Below are positions 9,606 to 17,971 of a DNA stretch of 64,000 bases, one piece after another; the stretch's first letter is position 1, and every line of letters begins with the position of its first letter. Location: assembly GCA_937886445.1 (NCBI GenBank), contig CALGBY010000063.1, positions 5,267 to 69,266 of the forward strand, given 5' to 3'. A program made the position numbers and the translations under genes. The notes under the pieces were generated by a model. That model searched no databases. It saw only the letters and a list, made by a program, of their open reading frames with translations, and was not told the origin of the DNA. This DNA comes from an uncultured Clostridia bacterium. GTDB lineage: Bacteria > Bacillota > Clostridia > Christensenellales > Aristaeellaceae.

Positions 9606-10364
9606 TCACCTGTTCTTCCTGATTATTTCTCTCGCGAGGTTCTGATACGCTTCGGCTCCGGCACAGCGCTTATCATACAGATTGATCGGCAGCCCATGGC
9701 TGGGGGCTTCTCCGAGACGAACATTGCGCGGTATAGCGGTAGAAAAAACTTTTCCCTTGAAATGCTTTTTCACTTCATTGACTACCTGAATACAAAGATT
9801 TGTTCTGCCGTCAAACATCGTCAGCACAATACCTTCTATGTCAAGCGAAGCATTGATACCATGCCTCACACGCTGTATCGTGTTCATCAGGGCGGATACG
9901 CCCTCCAAAGCAAAGTATTCACACTGTATCGGGATCAATACGCTTTGCGCCGCAGCCAATGCGTTTACCGTAAGCAAACCGAGAGACGGCGGACAGTCGA
10001 TGATGATATAGTCAAACAGGTTTCTGGCCTGTTCTATCACCGCACGCAGACGAAACTCCCGTCTTTCAACGGATACAAGTTCTATTTCTGCTCCGGATAA
10101 ACGGATATCGGAAGGCAAAACAAAGAGCCCCTGTTGTACGGAAGGAAACACGGAATTTTCAAGTGTCGTTTTTGCCGCGAGCAGTTCATATACAGTTCTG
10201 CTGCCGGCCTTTACGCCCAGTCCGCTTGATGCATTTCCCTGAGGGTCAAGATCGACCAGAAGCACTTTCCTGCTTTCTGCAGCCAGTGCTGCAGCGAGGT
10301 TGATCGCTGTAGTTGTTTTCCCTACGCCGCCCTTTTGATTTGCGACTGCAATAATCTTTCCCAT
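9606..10364 (-). CDS. parA: ParA/Soj partitioning ATPase
   Basis: Deviant Walker A ([18 protein letters not shown]) and DCPPSLG. The ATG at 10364 is preferred over the GTG at 10370. Confidence 0.9.
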   Translation of the reverse strand: MGKIIAVANQKGGVGKTTTAINLAAALAAESRKVLLVDLDPQGNASSGLGVKAGSRTVYELLAAKTTLENSVFPSVQQGLFVLPSDIRLSGAEIELVSVERREFRLRAVIEQARNLFDYIIIDCPPSLGLLTVNALAAAQSVLIPIQCEYFALEGVSALMNTIQRVRHGINASLDIEGIVLTMFDGRTNLCIQVVNEVKKHFKGKVFSTAIPRNVRLGEAPSHGLPINLYDKRCAGAEAYQNLAREIIRKNR

Positions 10365-10666
10365 TCTCACACTTCCACAGATATATTGAGCATATAATAC
10401 GATACCACATAAAGCTTAAAAAGTCTATTATAATTCAAATAACATTCATCCTCATCAAAAGCTTCTGAAGCATTCCTGTACAGGATGCCGCTTTTGCATT
10501 TTTCTTCTATTGCTAAATCCATCGTAATCTGCTAAAATATTCCAGCAGGTCAGAAAATCGATGTTGTTTTTGCATCGTCAGGATTCGGCTGACACACATG
10601 AACCTGTTTATTTTCTTTATCATACCGTTCCAGCCTGCAGTGATCGCACATCCGGGAGGGTTGTTC

Positions 10667-12004
10667 TTGAATAAAGATATTCTTTGGGAAAAAGCCTGTG
10701 TACTCATTCGTGACGAACTGAATGAGGTGACATACAATACCTGGATCGTGTCCGGGCTAAAAGCACTCTCATTTGAAAACGACTGTTTTGTGCTTGAGGC
10801 AATAACACCGTTCTATTGCAATATCATCAGACAGCGATATATCAACCTGATAAATACATGCCTTACGCAGGCAGCGCAGCGTCCGGTCAGTGTCTCGGTG
10901 CTTACTCCCGCGGAAGCAGAGGAACACAAGACTGTTAAGGAACAGAAAAGCGCTCCTGTGAACGAAAGCAAAACCATACTGAATCCAAAATATACATTCG
11001 ATACATTTGTTGTCGGAAATAATAACCGTTTCGCGCATGCGGCATCGCTTGCTGTAGCCGAAGCGCCAGCCGATGCCTATAATCCGCTTTTTATCTACGG
11101 TGGCGTAGGTCTCGGAAAAACGCATCTTATGCATGCGATCGGTCATTTTGTTCTTGCTCAGAACCCGGAAACGCGTATCAGTTATCTGACAAGTGAAGAA
11201 TTCACTAATGAAGTGATCTCATCCATTCAGGACAGAAAGGCTTCCTCCAACTTCAGAGAAAAATACCGCAACATAGATATTCTGATGATCGACGATATTC
11301 AGTTTATTGCCGGTAAGGAAAGGACCCAGGAAGAGTTTTTCCATACATTCAATGCCCTTCACGATAACGGAAAACAGATCATCATCACTTCCGACCGTCC
11401 GCCCAAGGAGATCCCGAAGCTTGAAGAAAGGCTTTGCAGCCGTTTTGAATGGGGTCTTCTGGCTGATATCTCAAAGCCCGATCTTGAAACCCGCATTGCG
11501 ATCCTTCGTAAAAAAGCAGAGACTGATCATCTGGATATTGATGAAAATGTTCTCGAAATGATCGCCGAAAACATCTCCAGCAACATCCGTGAGCTGGAGG
11601 GCTGCCTTACAAGGCTCGTGCTGTACTCATCCCTTTCCGCTCTTTCCGATCAGCCGATCACCGTCGCTCTTGCGCGGGAAGCACTTTCCGATGTGTTCAG
11701 CAAAAACAGTCCTCACGTGCTGAACTGTGATGATGTCATGATGGCCGTTGCGGAATACTACGGTGTTACTTCTGATGATCTGCGTTCTCCCAAGCGTCAG
11801 CGTGCCGTTGCCGTTCCGAGACAAGTCGCCATGTATATATGCAGAGACATGGTAAACGCTTCTCTTCCTGTGATCGGGAACGCCTTCAACAGAGATCATA
11901 CTACAGTGATGCACGCCTGTGATAAGGTAAGTGAAGAGTTGAAGACCTCAATATCACTCAAGAACCTCATTTCCGATATCGAACATAAACTGAATAATAA
12001 CTGA
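10667..12004 (+). CDS. dnaA: chromosomal replication initiator DnaA
   Basis: AAA+ motifs (NPLFIYGGVGLGKTHL, ILMIDDIQF) and domain IV (HTTVMHACDKV). The N-terminal 23 codons of the ORF look non-native. TTG at 10667 follows GGGAGGG (10654-10660). Confidence 0.93.
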   Translation: MNKDILWEKACVLIRDELNEVTYNTWIVSGLKALSFENDCFVLEAITPFYCNIIRQRYINLINTCLTQAAQRPVSVSVLTPAEAEEHKTVKEQKSAPVNESKTILNPKYTFDTFVVGNNNRFAHAASLAVAEAPADAYNPLFIYGGVGLGKTHLMHAIGHFVLAQNPETRISYLTSEEFTNEVISSIQDRKASSNFREKYRNIDILMIDDIQFIAGKERTQEEFFHTFNALHDNGKQIIITSDRPPKEIPKLEERLCSRFEWGLLADISKPDLETRIAILRKKAETDHLDIDENVLEMIAENISSNIRELEGCLTRLVLYSSLSALSDQPITVALAREALSDVFSKNSPHVLNCDDVMMAVAEYYGVTSDDLRSPKRQRAVAVPRQVAMYICRDMVNASLPVIGNAFNRDHTTVMHACDKVSEELKTSISLKNLISDIEHKLNNN

Positions 12005-12018
12005 TCGATTTATCATAG

Positions 12019-12041
12019 CACGCCGTCAGGCGTGTTTTTTG
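12019..12041 (+). terminator. rho-independent terminator after dnaA
   Basis: CACGCC-GTCA-GGCGTG followed by TTTTTT. Confidence 0.7.
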
Positions 12042-12091
12042 TTTATAAACAAATAATATTACGAATATTTGTCAATTGTTACATAAATTTA

Positions 12092-12120
12092 TTGACTATG
12101 TAATAATTTCGTAATATAAT
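12092..12120 (+). promoter_or_regulatory. putative sigma-A promoter of the SH3b-repeat gene
   Basis: TTGACT, 17 nt spacer, TATAAT. Lies 24 nt upstream of the GTG start region. Confidence 0.45.
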
Positions 12121-12143
12121 AGAAACGATCAATTTGGAAGGAA

Positions 12144-15100
12144 GTGTCAGCTTTGAAAAAGCGTTCATTCTTCTGCTTAACGGTTTCGATCGTTCTTCTG
12201 TTATCCGTTTTTATTTGTGCATACGCGTCCGATGAAGATGCTCCTTTCGGAGTCGTAAATGTTTCAACGGTTAACATGCGCGAATCCGACAGCATGAACT
12301 CAGGCATCGTTATGTCTGTAGGTCAGAACGAGAAGGTAAGTGTTCTTTGTGAATCGAACGGATTCTATAAAGTAAAATACAATAACAAAACCGGCTACAT
12401 CCTCTGTGAGTATATATCATTGGACGAAACGCTGATCGGAAAAAAGGCATATGCGGCGATCGGCAGTCTCAACATCCGCACCGGTCCCTCAACAGATAAT
12501 GATATTATTTACATAATGGATAAAAATGAAGAAATGACAGTGCTTGGCATCAGTGGTACATATTACCGTGTATCCTGCGGAAAAACCGAAGGGTATGTCT
12601 CAATGCAGTTCGTTTCTCTTCCGGAAAATGAAGAATATGGTATTTTCGGAAAAAATACCGTATGTATGATCACTGTTAACAGTGTAAACCTGCGCGAGTC
12701 TCCTTCTCTTTCATCCAATGTCATTGCTAAACTTACCAAGCAGGACCGTCTTTCTGTGATCTCGTGTTCAGACGGTTTTTACAAGGTAAAAGTAAATGGA
12801 AAAACCGGTTACGTTGCTTCGGAGTACTTAATAAAGGCGGATGACAGTGTTTCCTCCTCCGGTTCAAAAAGCGCAGATCCTTCCCCCACTCCGAGAAAAA
12901 CTGCTACTCCCTCCCTGCAGAAACTCAATAAATCAGGAACAGTCAATGTTGATTCGCTGAATGTGCGTGAAAGTCCGGATGCTTCTTCTGAAATCATTGA
13001 TAAGCTCATTCGCGGTACTGAGGTCAGCATCGTTGCGGAGACGAACGGATTTTATCAAATCAACCATGATCATCACACAGGATATGTCGCAAAACAGTAC
13101 ATCAGTATCAACGATCAGGATGCTAGAAAGAGCGCAACAGCTTTACCTTCTCAAAAAGATACTCTGCTCAATAAAAACGGCAGGACGAATGTTTCAGACC
13201 TTAACATGAGAGTCGGACCGTCTTCCGATACCGGGGTCATCATGAAGCTTTCCAGCGGAACAGAAGTGGATATCATAGGAGAAAACAACGGTTTCTATAA
13301 AATCAAGTATAACGGAAAAACCGGATATGTAAGCAAAGCATATGTGAACATTATAGAAAAGACCTCTGCGACTTCTGCCCCGGCAAAGAAAACGGAAACT
13401 GTAAAAGAAACTAAGAAAAGCGGTAAGGTCACTTCTCAAACCCTGAATGTAAGAAGTGAACCGAGCACGGAGAGCGCGATCATTACCGTATTGAGTTCCG
13501 GAACAGCATTGAATATCACAGGTGAAACCGATTCATATTACCGCATAACGGTCAATTCCAGAACCGGTTATGTAAGCAGGCAGTATGTTACAGTTATTAC
13601 AGCCACCCAGGCGCCATCCGCAAAGGCCGAGAACACCGGCGTCAAGGTTACAACTGTCAAAAAAAGCGGTTCCGTCATTTCTGAGACGCTCAATGTAAGA
13701 AAAGAAGCCAGTACCTCCTCAGCTGTCCTTACAGTTCTTCGCGAAGGGACGTCAGTATCGATCAACGGTGAAACGGATGAGTTTTACAGGATCGATATTC
13801 AAGGCAAAACAGGCTATATCGCCAAACAATATGTGAAGATCGGCAGCACCTCTTCCGGTGAGGCAAAAGCATCTGCTTCCGCTGATAAGATTAATTCTCT
13901 GAATGCGAAGGGTACGGTTTCTTCTTCTACCTTGAACATGAGAGCCGCAGCTGATAAATCATCGGATATCATCCTTGTACTGAATCACGGAACGGCGCTT
14001 AATGTGACCGGCGAAACAAAGGATTTCTACCGTGTTTCATACAATGGCAAAACCGGTTTTGTGAGCAAGCAATATCTGAACATTGACAACAGCAAAGCAG
14101 GTGAAAAGGCCACATCCTCCCCTCGTGCCACAGAAACGAAACCCACAGAAGCCTTTACATCCATCACAGCAAATGGCACCGTCAATACCGACGGTTTGAA
14201 CATGCGAAAAGAAGCTTCGACTTCCTCCGATTCGCTTTTGAAACTTCAAAAAGGCACAACAGTTTCCATTTCCGCGCAGAGCAAGAGCTTCTACAAGATC
14301 AAGTATAACGGAATGACGGGATATGTAGCAAAACAGTATGTTAATATTGTAAAAATCACTGCCGCTCCCAAGTCTGACAAAAAAACCGCCACTCCTTCCC
14401 CGAAGAAAACAGAAACTGCTGCCGTAGAAAAGTTTGAAACCTATACAGCAACAGGAAAGACAAACACCTCCGGCCTGAATCTGCGCAAAGAAGCTTCAAC
14501 ATCCTCAAAAAGTCTTGCTGTTCTCAATTCCGGTACATATCTGAATGTGATCGCACAGAGCAGAAATTTTTATAAGGTGAAAGTGAATTCTATTACCGGA
14601 TACATTGCCAAACAGTATGTATCCATTGTAAAAGAAACACCTAAACCCACCACAAAGCCTGCTGCACAGGCCGGAAAATTCGACAATGTCAAAACGATCT
14701 CCGAGCTTGGTGCAGCTCCCGGTTATCTTTCCTCAGGCAACAGCGGTGAGGATGTTGAAAAGCTGCAGCAGGCACTGAAGATAAAGGGTTATTACGAAGG
14801 TCAGGTAAACGGAAAATTCGGTTCCGAAACAAAGCAGGCTCTGATCGCATATCAGAAGGCTGCAGGGCTTGATCAAACCGGAAAGGCCGATTACAAAACG
14901 ATTCTCAAGCTTTTCGGGAAGGTCAGTGTCACCTCCGTTGCCGATGACCCCAAGATGAACGGGATCACAAAGATCTCCCAGATTTCCGTACCTGCCACCA
15001 GCAAGAAAGGTGACAGCGGCAAAAATGTTCTTGCGCTGCAGCAGGCGTTGAAGATCAAAGGCTACTACAAAGCACCAATCAATTCGGTATATGACAGTGT

Positions 15101-15617
15101 AACAACAGAAGCGGTCAAGGCGTATCAGAAGGCCAAAGGCATTACAGCTGACGGCGAAGCCGGTTTTTCAACGATCAAAGCGATATTCGGTGAGAATGCT
15201 GCGAACTATACCTATGTCACTGAATCGCTGGACTGGTTCAAAAACGGAGACAATACGATACCGAAGGGAGCGATCCTGACGGTAAAGGATGTCAATACCG
15301 GCAAAACATTCAAAGTAAAGCGGTGGAGCGGCGCAAATCACGCTGATGTAGAACCGCTCACAGCATCCGATACGGCCGTTATGAAGAGCCTGTACGGCAC
15401 CTGGAGCTGGTCCCGCAGAGCGATCCTGGTTCTCTATAAGGGTCATGTTTACGCTGCGTCCATGAACGGAATGCCTCACGGGACAAGCACGATCAATAAC
15501 AACAATTTCAACGGGCACTTCTGTATTCACTTTACCGGAAGCAAAACACACGCTTCAAAGAAGGTCGATCCGGATCACCAGGCTGCGATCAGACGCGCGC
15601 TGAAGGCAAAATGGTAA
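12144..15617 (+). CDS. secreted cell-wall-binding protein: 10 SH3b repeats + 2 PG_binding_1-like domains + unassigned C-terminal domain
   Basis: Signal peptide (FFCLTVSIVLLLSVFICAYA). Ten repeats of the pattern xLNVRxxPSxxSxVIxxLxxGxxVxV....FYK(V/I)xYNGKTGYVxxxYV, separated by S/T/P/K/A linkers. Two GxDVxxLQQALKIKGYY...AxxAYQKAxGLxxxGxA units follow. The last ~140 aa contain PHGTSTINNNNFNGHFCIHF. Confidence 0.9.
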   Translation: MSALKKRSFFCLTVSIVLLLSVFICAYASDEDAPFGVVNVSTVNMRESDSMNSGIVMSVGQNEKVSVLCESNGFYKVKYNNKTGYILCEYISLDETLIGKKAYAAIGSLNIRTGPSTDNDIIYIMDKNEEMTVLGISGTYYRVSCGKTEGYVSMQFVSLPENEEYGIFGKNTVCMITVNSVNLRESPSLSSNVIAKLTKQDRLSVISCSDGFYKVKVNGKTGYVASEYLIKADDSVSSSGSKSADPSPTPRKTATPSLQKLNKSGTVNVDSLNVRESPDASSEIIDKLIRGTEVSIVAETNGFYQINHDHHTGYVAKQYISINDQDARKSATALPSQKDTLLNKNGRTNVSDLNMRVGPSSDTGVIMKLSSGTEVDIIGENNGFYKIKYNGKTGYVSKAYVNIIEKTSATSAPAKKTETVKETKKSGKVTSQTLNVRSEPSTESAIITVLSSGTALNITGETDSYYRITVNSRTGYVSRQYVTVITATQAPSAKAENTGVKVTTVKKSGSVISETLNVRKEASTSSAVLTVLREGTSVSINGETDEFYRIDIQGKTGYIAKQYVKIGSTSSGEAKASASADKINSLNAKGTVSSSTLNMRAAADKSSDIILVLNHGTALNVTGETKDFYRVSYNGKTGFVSKQYLNIDNSKAGEKATSSPRATETKPTEAFTSITANGTVNTDGLNMRKEASTSSDSLLKLQKGTTVSISAQSKSFYKIKYNGMTGYVAKQYVNIVKITAAPKSDKKTATPSPKKTETAAVEKFETYTATGKTNTSGLNLRKEASTSSKSLAVLNSGTYLNVIAQSRNFYKVKVNSITGYIAKQYVSIVKETPKPTTKPAAQAGKFDNVKTISELGAAPGYLSSGNSGEDVEKLQQALKIKGYYEGQVNGKFGSETKQALIAYQKAAGLDQTGKADYKTILKLFGKVSVTSVADDPKMNGITKISQISVPATSKKGDSGKNVLALQQALKIKGYYKAPINSVYDSVTTEAVKAYQKAKGITADGEAGFSTIKAIFGENAANYTYVTESLDWFKNGDNTIPKGAILTVKDVNTGKTFKVKRWSGANHADVEPLTASDTAVMKSLYGTWSWSRRAILVLYKGHVYAASMNGMPHGTSTINNNNFNGHFCIHFTGSKTHASKKVDPDHQAAIRRALKAKW

Positions 15618-15625
15618 ACAAACTG

Positions 15626-15664
15626 TTCAGGGGGAGCTGCATGCAGCTCCCCCTGAATGTTTTT
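15626..15664. terminator. bidirectional terminator between convergent genes
   Basis: TTCAGGGGGAGCTGC-AT-GCAGCTCCCCCTGAA (15-bp perfect stem) followed by TGTTTTT. Confidence 0.75.
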
Positions 15665-15667
15665 CGA

Positions 15668-16381
15668 TCATCTTACAATAAAATCAAAACTTTTATCAAA
15701 TGGTTGATTGCGAAGGCGATAATGCCACCATTCCCGCTGAAAACACTTAAATCCGTATTTCTCCATAACGGTCTTCAAAATGCTCCGGTTCTTCTCCTGT
15801 TCATCCGTCAGCCCGCCTGCACCGTGCCATGCTTTCTTCCCGAAATAATCAAACCCTGTACCCATATCCAATTCATTGCCGTCAAGATCCGTAAGCGTCA
15901 TATCAACGCAGCTGCCTTTACAGTGATTTGAGTTTCTGGCAATGTATTCCCGGTCCAGAAGGAGCTGCTTGCTGCTGATCTCAGGATAGTATTCGCTGCG
16001 TGTGTCATCAAGTAATGGATCCTCCGCCCACTTAACAAATGCCCTGACTGCTCTGAGGGGTCTGTAGGCGTCCCAGATTTTTATTCTGAATCCCATATCG
16101 CGCAGTTCATCCGCCGCCTTCTTCAATGCTGTACAGGCCTCTGTTGTCAGTATGGCCGTGTTCCGTTCATATCCGTCAACGGTTCCGCCCGTAAAGTTTC
16201 TGTCGGAAAAATAGCGGATATCAACGATCACATCATCGATGTAATCCTCCGCCCGTGAAAATCCCTCCGGTAAAGAGTATTCATTTTCCGAAACAGAACC
16301 TTCACATTTTACTTCCGCGTAAAGCGGGCATATAAGAAGAATCATACAGATGATCCCGAATTTTTTTGCACTAATGCTCAT
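15668..16381 (-). CDS. secreted D-alanyl-D-alanine dipeptidase (VanX/DdpX-like, peptidase M15D)
   Basis: Motifs DIRYFSDRNFTG, IWDAYRPLRA, SNHCKGSCVDMTL, ELDMGTGFDYF and EWWHY, plus an N-terminal signal-like segment. The ATG at 16381 is preferred over 16402. Confidence 0.85.
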   Translation of the reverse strand: MSISAKKFGIICMILLICPLYAEVKCEGSVSENEYSLPEGFSRAEDYIDDVIVDIRYFSDRNFTGGTVDGYERNTAILTTEACTALKKAADELRDMGFRIKIWDAYRPLRAVRAFVKWAEDPLLDDTRSEYYPEISSKQLLLDREYIARNSNHCKGSCVDMTLTDLDGNELDMGTGFDYFGKKAWHGAGGLTDEQEKNRSILKTVMEKYGFKCFQREWWHYRLRNQPFDKSFDFIVR

Positions 16382-16886
16382 TGACGGTAAACCTCTGATC
16401 ATATTTTTTCCCGAAGATCAAGTAATCTATTTTAATATCTCTGCTTTTTTGCCCGTTATTTACTCTTCTCAGCAAAAGGCATGATACATCCTTTGTTCTG
16501 CCCGGCTCAATGACCGTTTCATTTTCATCAGGCATATAAAACAACAGATCTCCGTTTTCATGATTCAGACTCAGTTCAACAGCCCGCACATCGGCAAAGC
16601 TCCGGTTCGTTATGCGAAGCGTGTACAAAACATACTCAAGGCCTTCACCTTCTGCCGGTACTTCCTCCGCGTATACCGTACCCTTAACAGCGCTGTCCGC
16701 CATCAGTATACTGTCCTTAAGAAAGCGTTCGGCATACACAGGATCATTCAAAGAGAGTACATAGGATGTAGAAGCATCAGGATCAATATATAAAGTCGTA
16801 TTGATCCTGAACACAATGTAAAGACAGATAAAGACAAGCGCAGTGATGACAAGCACAGCAGTTGTGATAATAAGGAATTTCTTCAT
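16371..16886 (-). CDS. membrane-anchored hypothetical protein (N-terminal TM + probable beta-rich ectodomain)
   Basis: MKKFLIITTAVLVITALVFICLYIVF followed by a ~140 aa soluble domain. Overlaps the dipeptidase start by 11 nt, which suggests coupling. I recognise no family. Confidence 0.65.
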   Translation of the reverse strand: MKKFLIITTAVLVITALVFICLYIVFRINTTLYIDPDASTSYVLSLNDPVYAERFLKDSILMADSAVKGTVYAEEVPAEGEGLEYVLYTLRITNRSFADVRAVELSLNHENGDLLFYMPDENETVIEPGRTKDVSCLLLRRVNNGQKSRDIKIDYLIFGKKYDQRFTVNEH

Positions 16887-16896
16887 TTAATGTTTG

Positions 16897-17015
16897 CCCC
16901 TTCGGATGAAGTGCCATCAGGTGCTTGAAAACAACCGTACACGATTCTGATACTTATGTCCGTCCTCCGGATGAATCACCATGGGTGATTCGAATATCGG
17001 CCGACACGTTCATCA
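16897..17015 (+). repeat. two degenerate units of the dispersed 65-72 bp intergenic repeat family
   Basis: CCTTCGGATGAAGTGCCATCAGGTGCTTGAAAACAACCGTACAC... and GTCCGTCCTCCGGATGAATCACCATGGGTGATTCGAATATCGGCCGACAC align by eye with the units at 24378-24553. Confidence 0.6.
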
Positions 17016-17026
17016 AATTACATGCT

Positions 17027-17971
17027 TCAGTTTTCACCGCTGAGAAGTCTGTGCATCTCATTGACCATATCGCTGTCCTTCAGGCGGAATTTGAATGTAA
17101 CTCGCCTTGAAGCGTCCTTATCCTCGATATTCGTACCGCTTACATAGATCGGATCCGCTTCGCTTCTTCCGGTAACGCAGAGCACCTTTTCAAACATTGC
17201 ACGCTGCGCGGCGGAAAGGCCCGGGATCTGTAAGCAGTATTCCGCAACTGCTCTCGCTCTTTCCTGCGAAAGCTTCATGTTCGATAAGTAGTCGCCGTCT
17301 GTATCAGTATGCCCTTCGATCGTGATCTCACCCACATAATCCTTGTATTCATCAGACAGCAGCACATTCAGATATACCGGCAAAAAGCGATTCAGAAAAT
17401 CCTTTCCGCTGTCCTTTATCATATAGGTGTTCTTGTCAAAAAGCACGGTGCTCTTCAGCACGATATCACCGGTCTTTTCATCAACAGAAGTATTCAGATT
17501 TGCCCTGGTAAGGGAAACGGAAAGCTTGGATATGATATCACTTCTCACACCGATCAGCTGCGCGATCTGCCGTTCTTTCTCCTTAAGAAGGTTTTCCTGT
17601 TCCTGATTTGTTAAAATCAGTCTGTCCAGTTCTGTCTGCTTTTCTCCAAGCAGGATCAGCATATTGCTTATCTCAGCCTGCTGCTCATCAATTCTGATTT
17701 GTGCAAGATCAAGCTCGTTCTCTCTTTCTGACAGCTGGATCTTCATTACATCCATGCTTGCGGTCTGTCCGATAATGATGATCCGCTGCTCTTCTATTTC
17801 ATTCTGACTGGCTATCAGGATCATCTTCTGCTGATTCAAACGATATACGCATACAAACACCGCCATGACAAAAAGCATCAGTAATGAGGCCATCATATCT
17901 GAATAACTGATCCAATGAGAGCCTCCGTCACCGTTTCCCGGTCTTCTGACACTTCGTTTTTCACGCATCAC
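17027..17971 (-). CDS. MotB/ZorB-like protein: TM plug with conserved Asp, ~90-aa coiled coil, OmpA-like peptidoglycan-binding domain
   Basis: HWISYSDMMASLLMLFVMAVF matches the MotB W..Y.D......F motif. Heptad region at ~aa 45-140. OmpA-like IEGHTDTDGDYLSNMKLSQERARAVAEY. Its start GTGATG overlaps the stop of the upstream gene. Confidence 0.85.
   Translation of the reverse strand: MMREKRSVRRPGNGDGGSHWISYSDMMASLLMLFVMAVFVCVYRLNQQKMILIASQNEIEEQRIIIIGQTASMDVMKIQLSERENELDLAQIRIDEQQAEISNMLILLGEKQTELDRLILTNQEQENLLKEKERQIAQLIGVRSDIISKLSVSLTRANLNTSVDEKTGDIVLKSTVLFDKNTYMIKDSGKDFLNRFLPVYLNVLLSDEYKDYVGEITIEGHTDTDGDYLSNMKLSQERARAVAEYCLQIPGLSAAQRAMFEKVLCVTGRSEADPIYVSGTNIEDKDASRRVTFKFRLKDSDMVNEMHRLLSGEN

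Noticed and set aside
10598-10666. N-terminal extension of dnaA (MNLFIFFIIPFQPAVIAHPGGLF)
   Set aside because: The hydrophobic extension is unlike DnaA domain I. A strong GGGAGGG RBS sits inside it, 6 nt before the TTG at 10667, and the sequence from there (NKDILWEKACVLIRDEL...) looks like a normal DnaA N-terminus.
12144-15617. Nucleotide-level repeat or mobile element in the SH3b region
   Set aside because: The periodicity is at the protein-domain level inside one continuous ORF. The DNA copies are diverged, so it is reported as a coding repeat protein rather than a repeat element.
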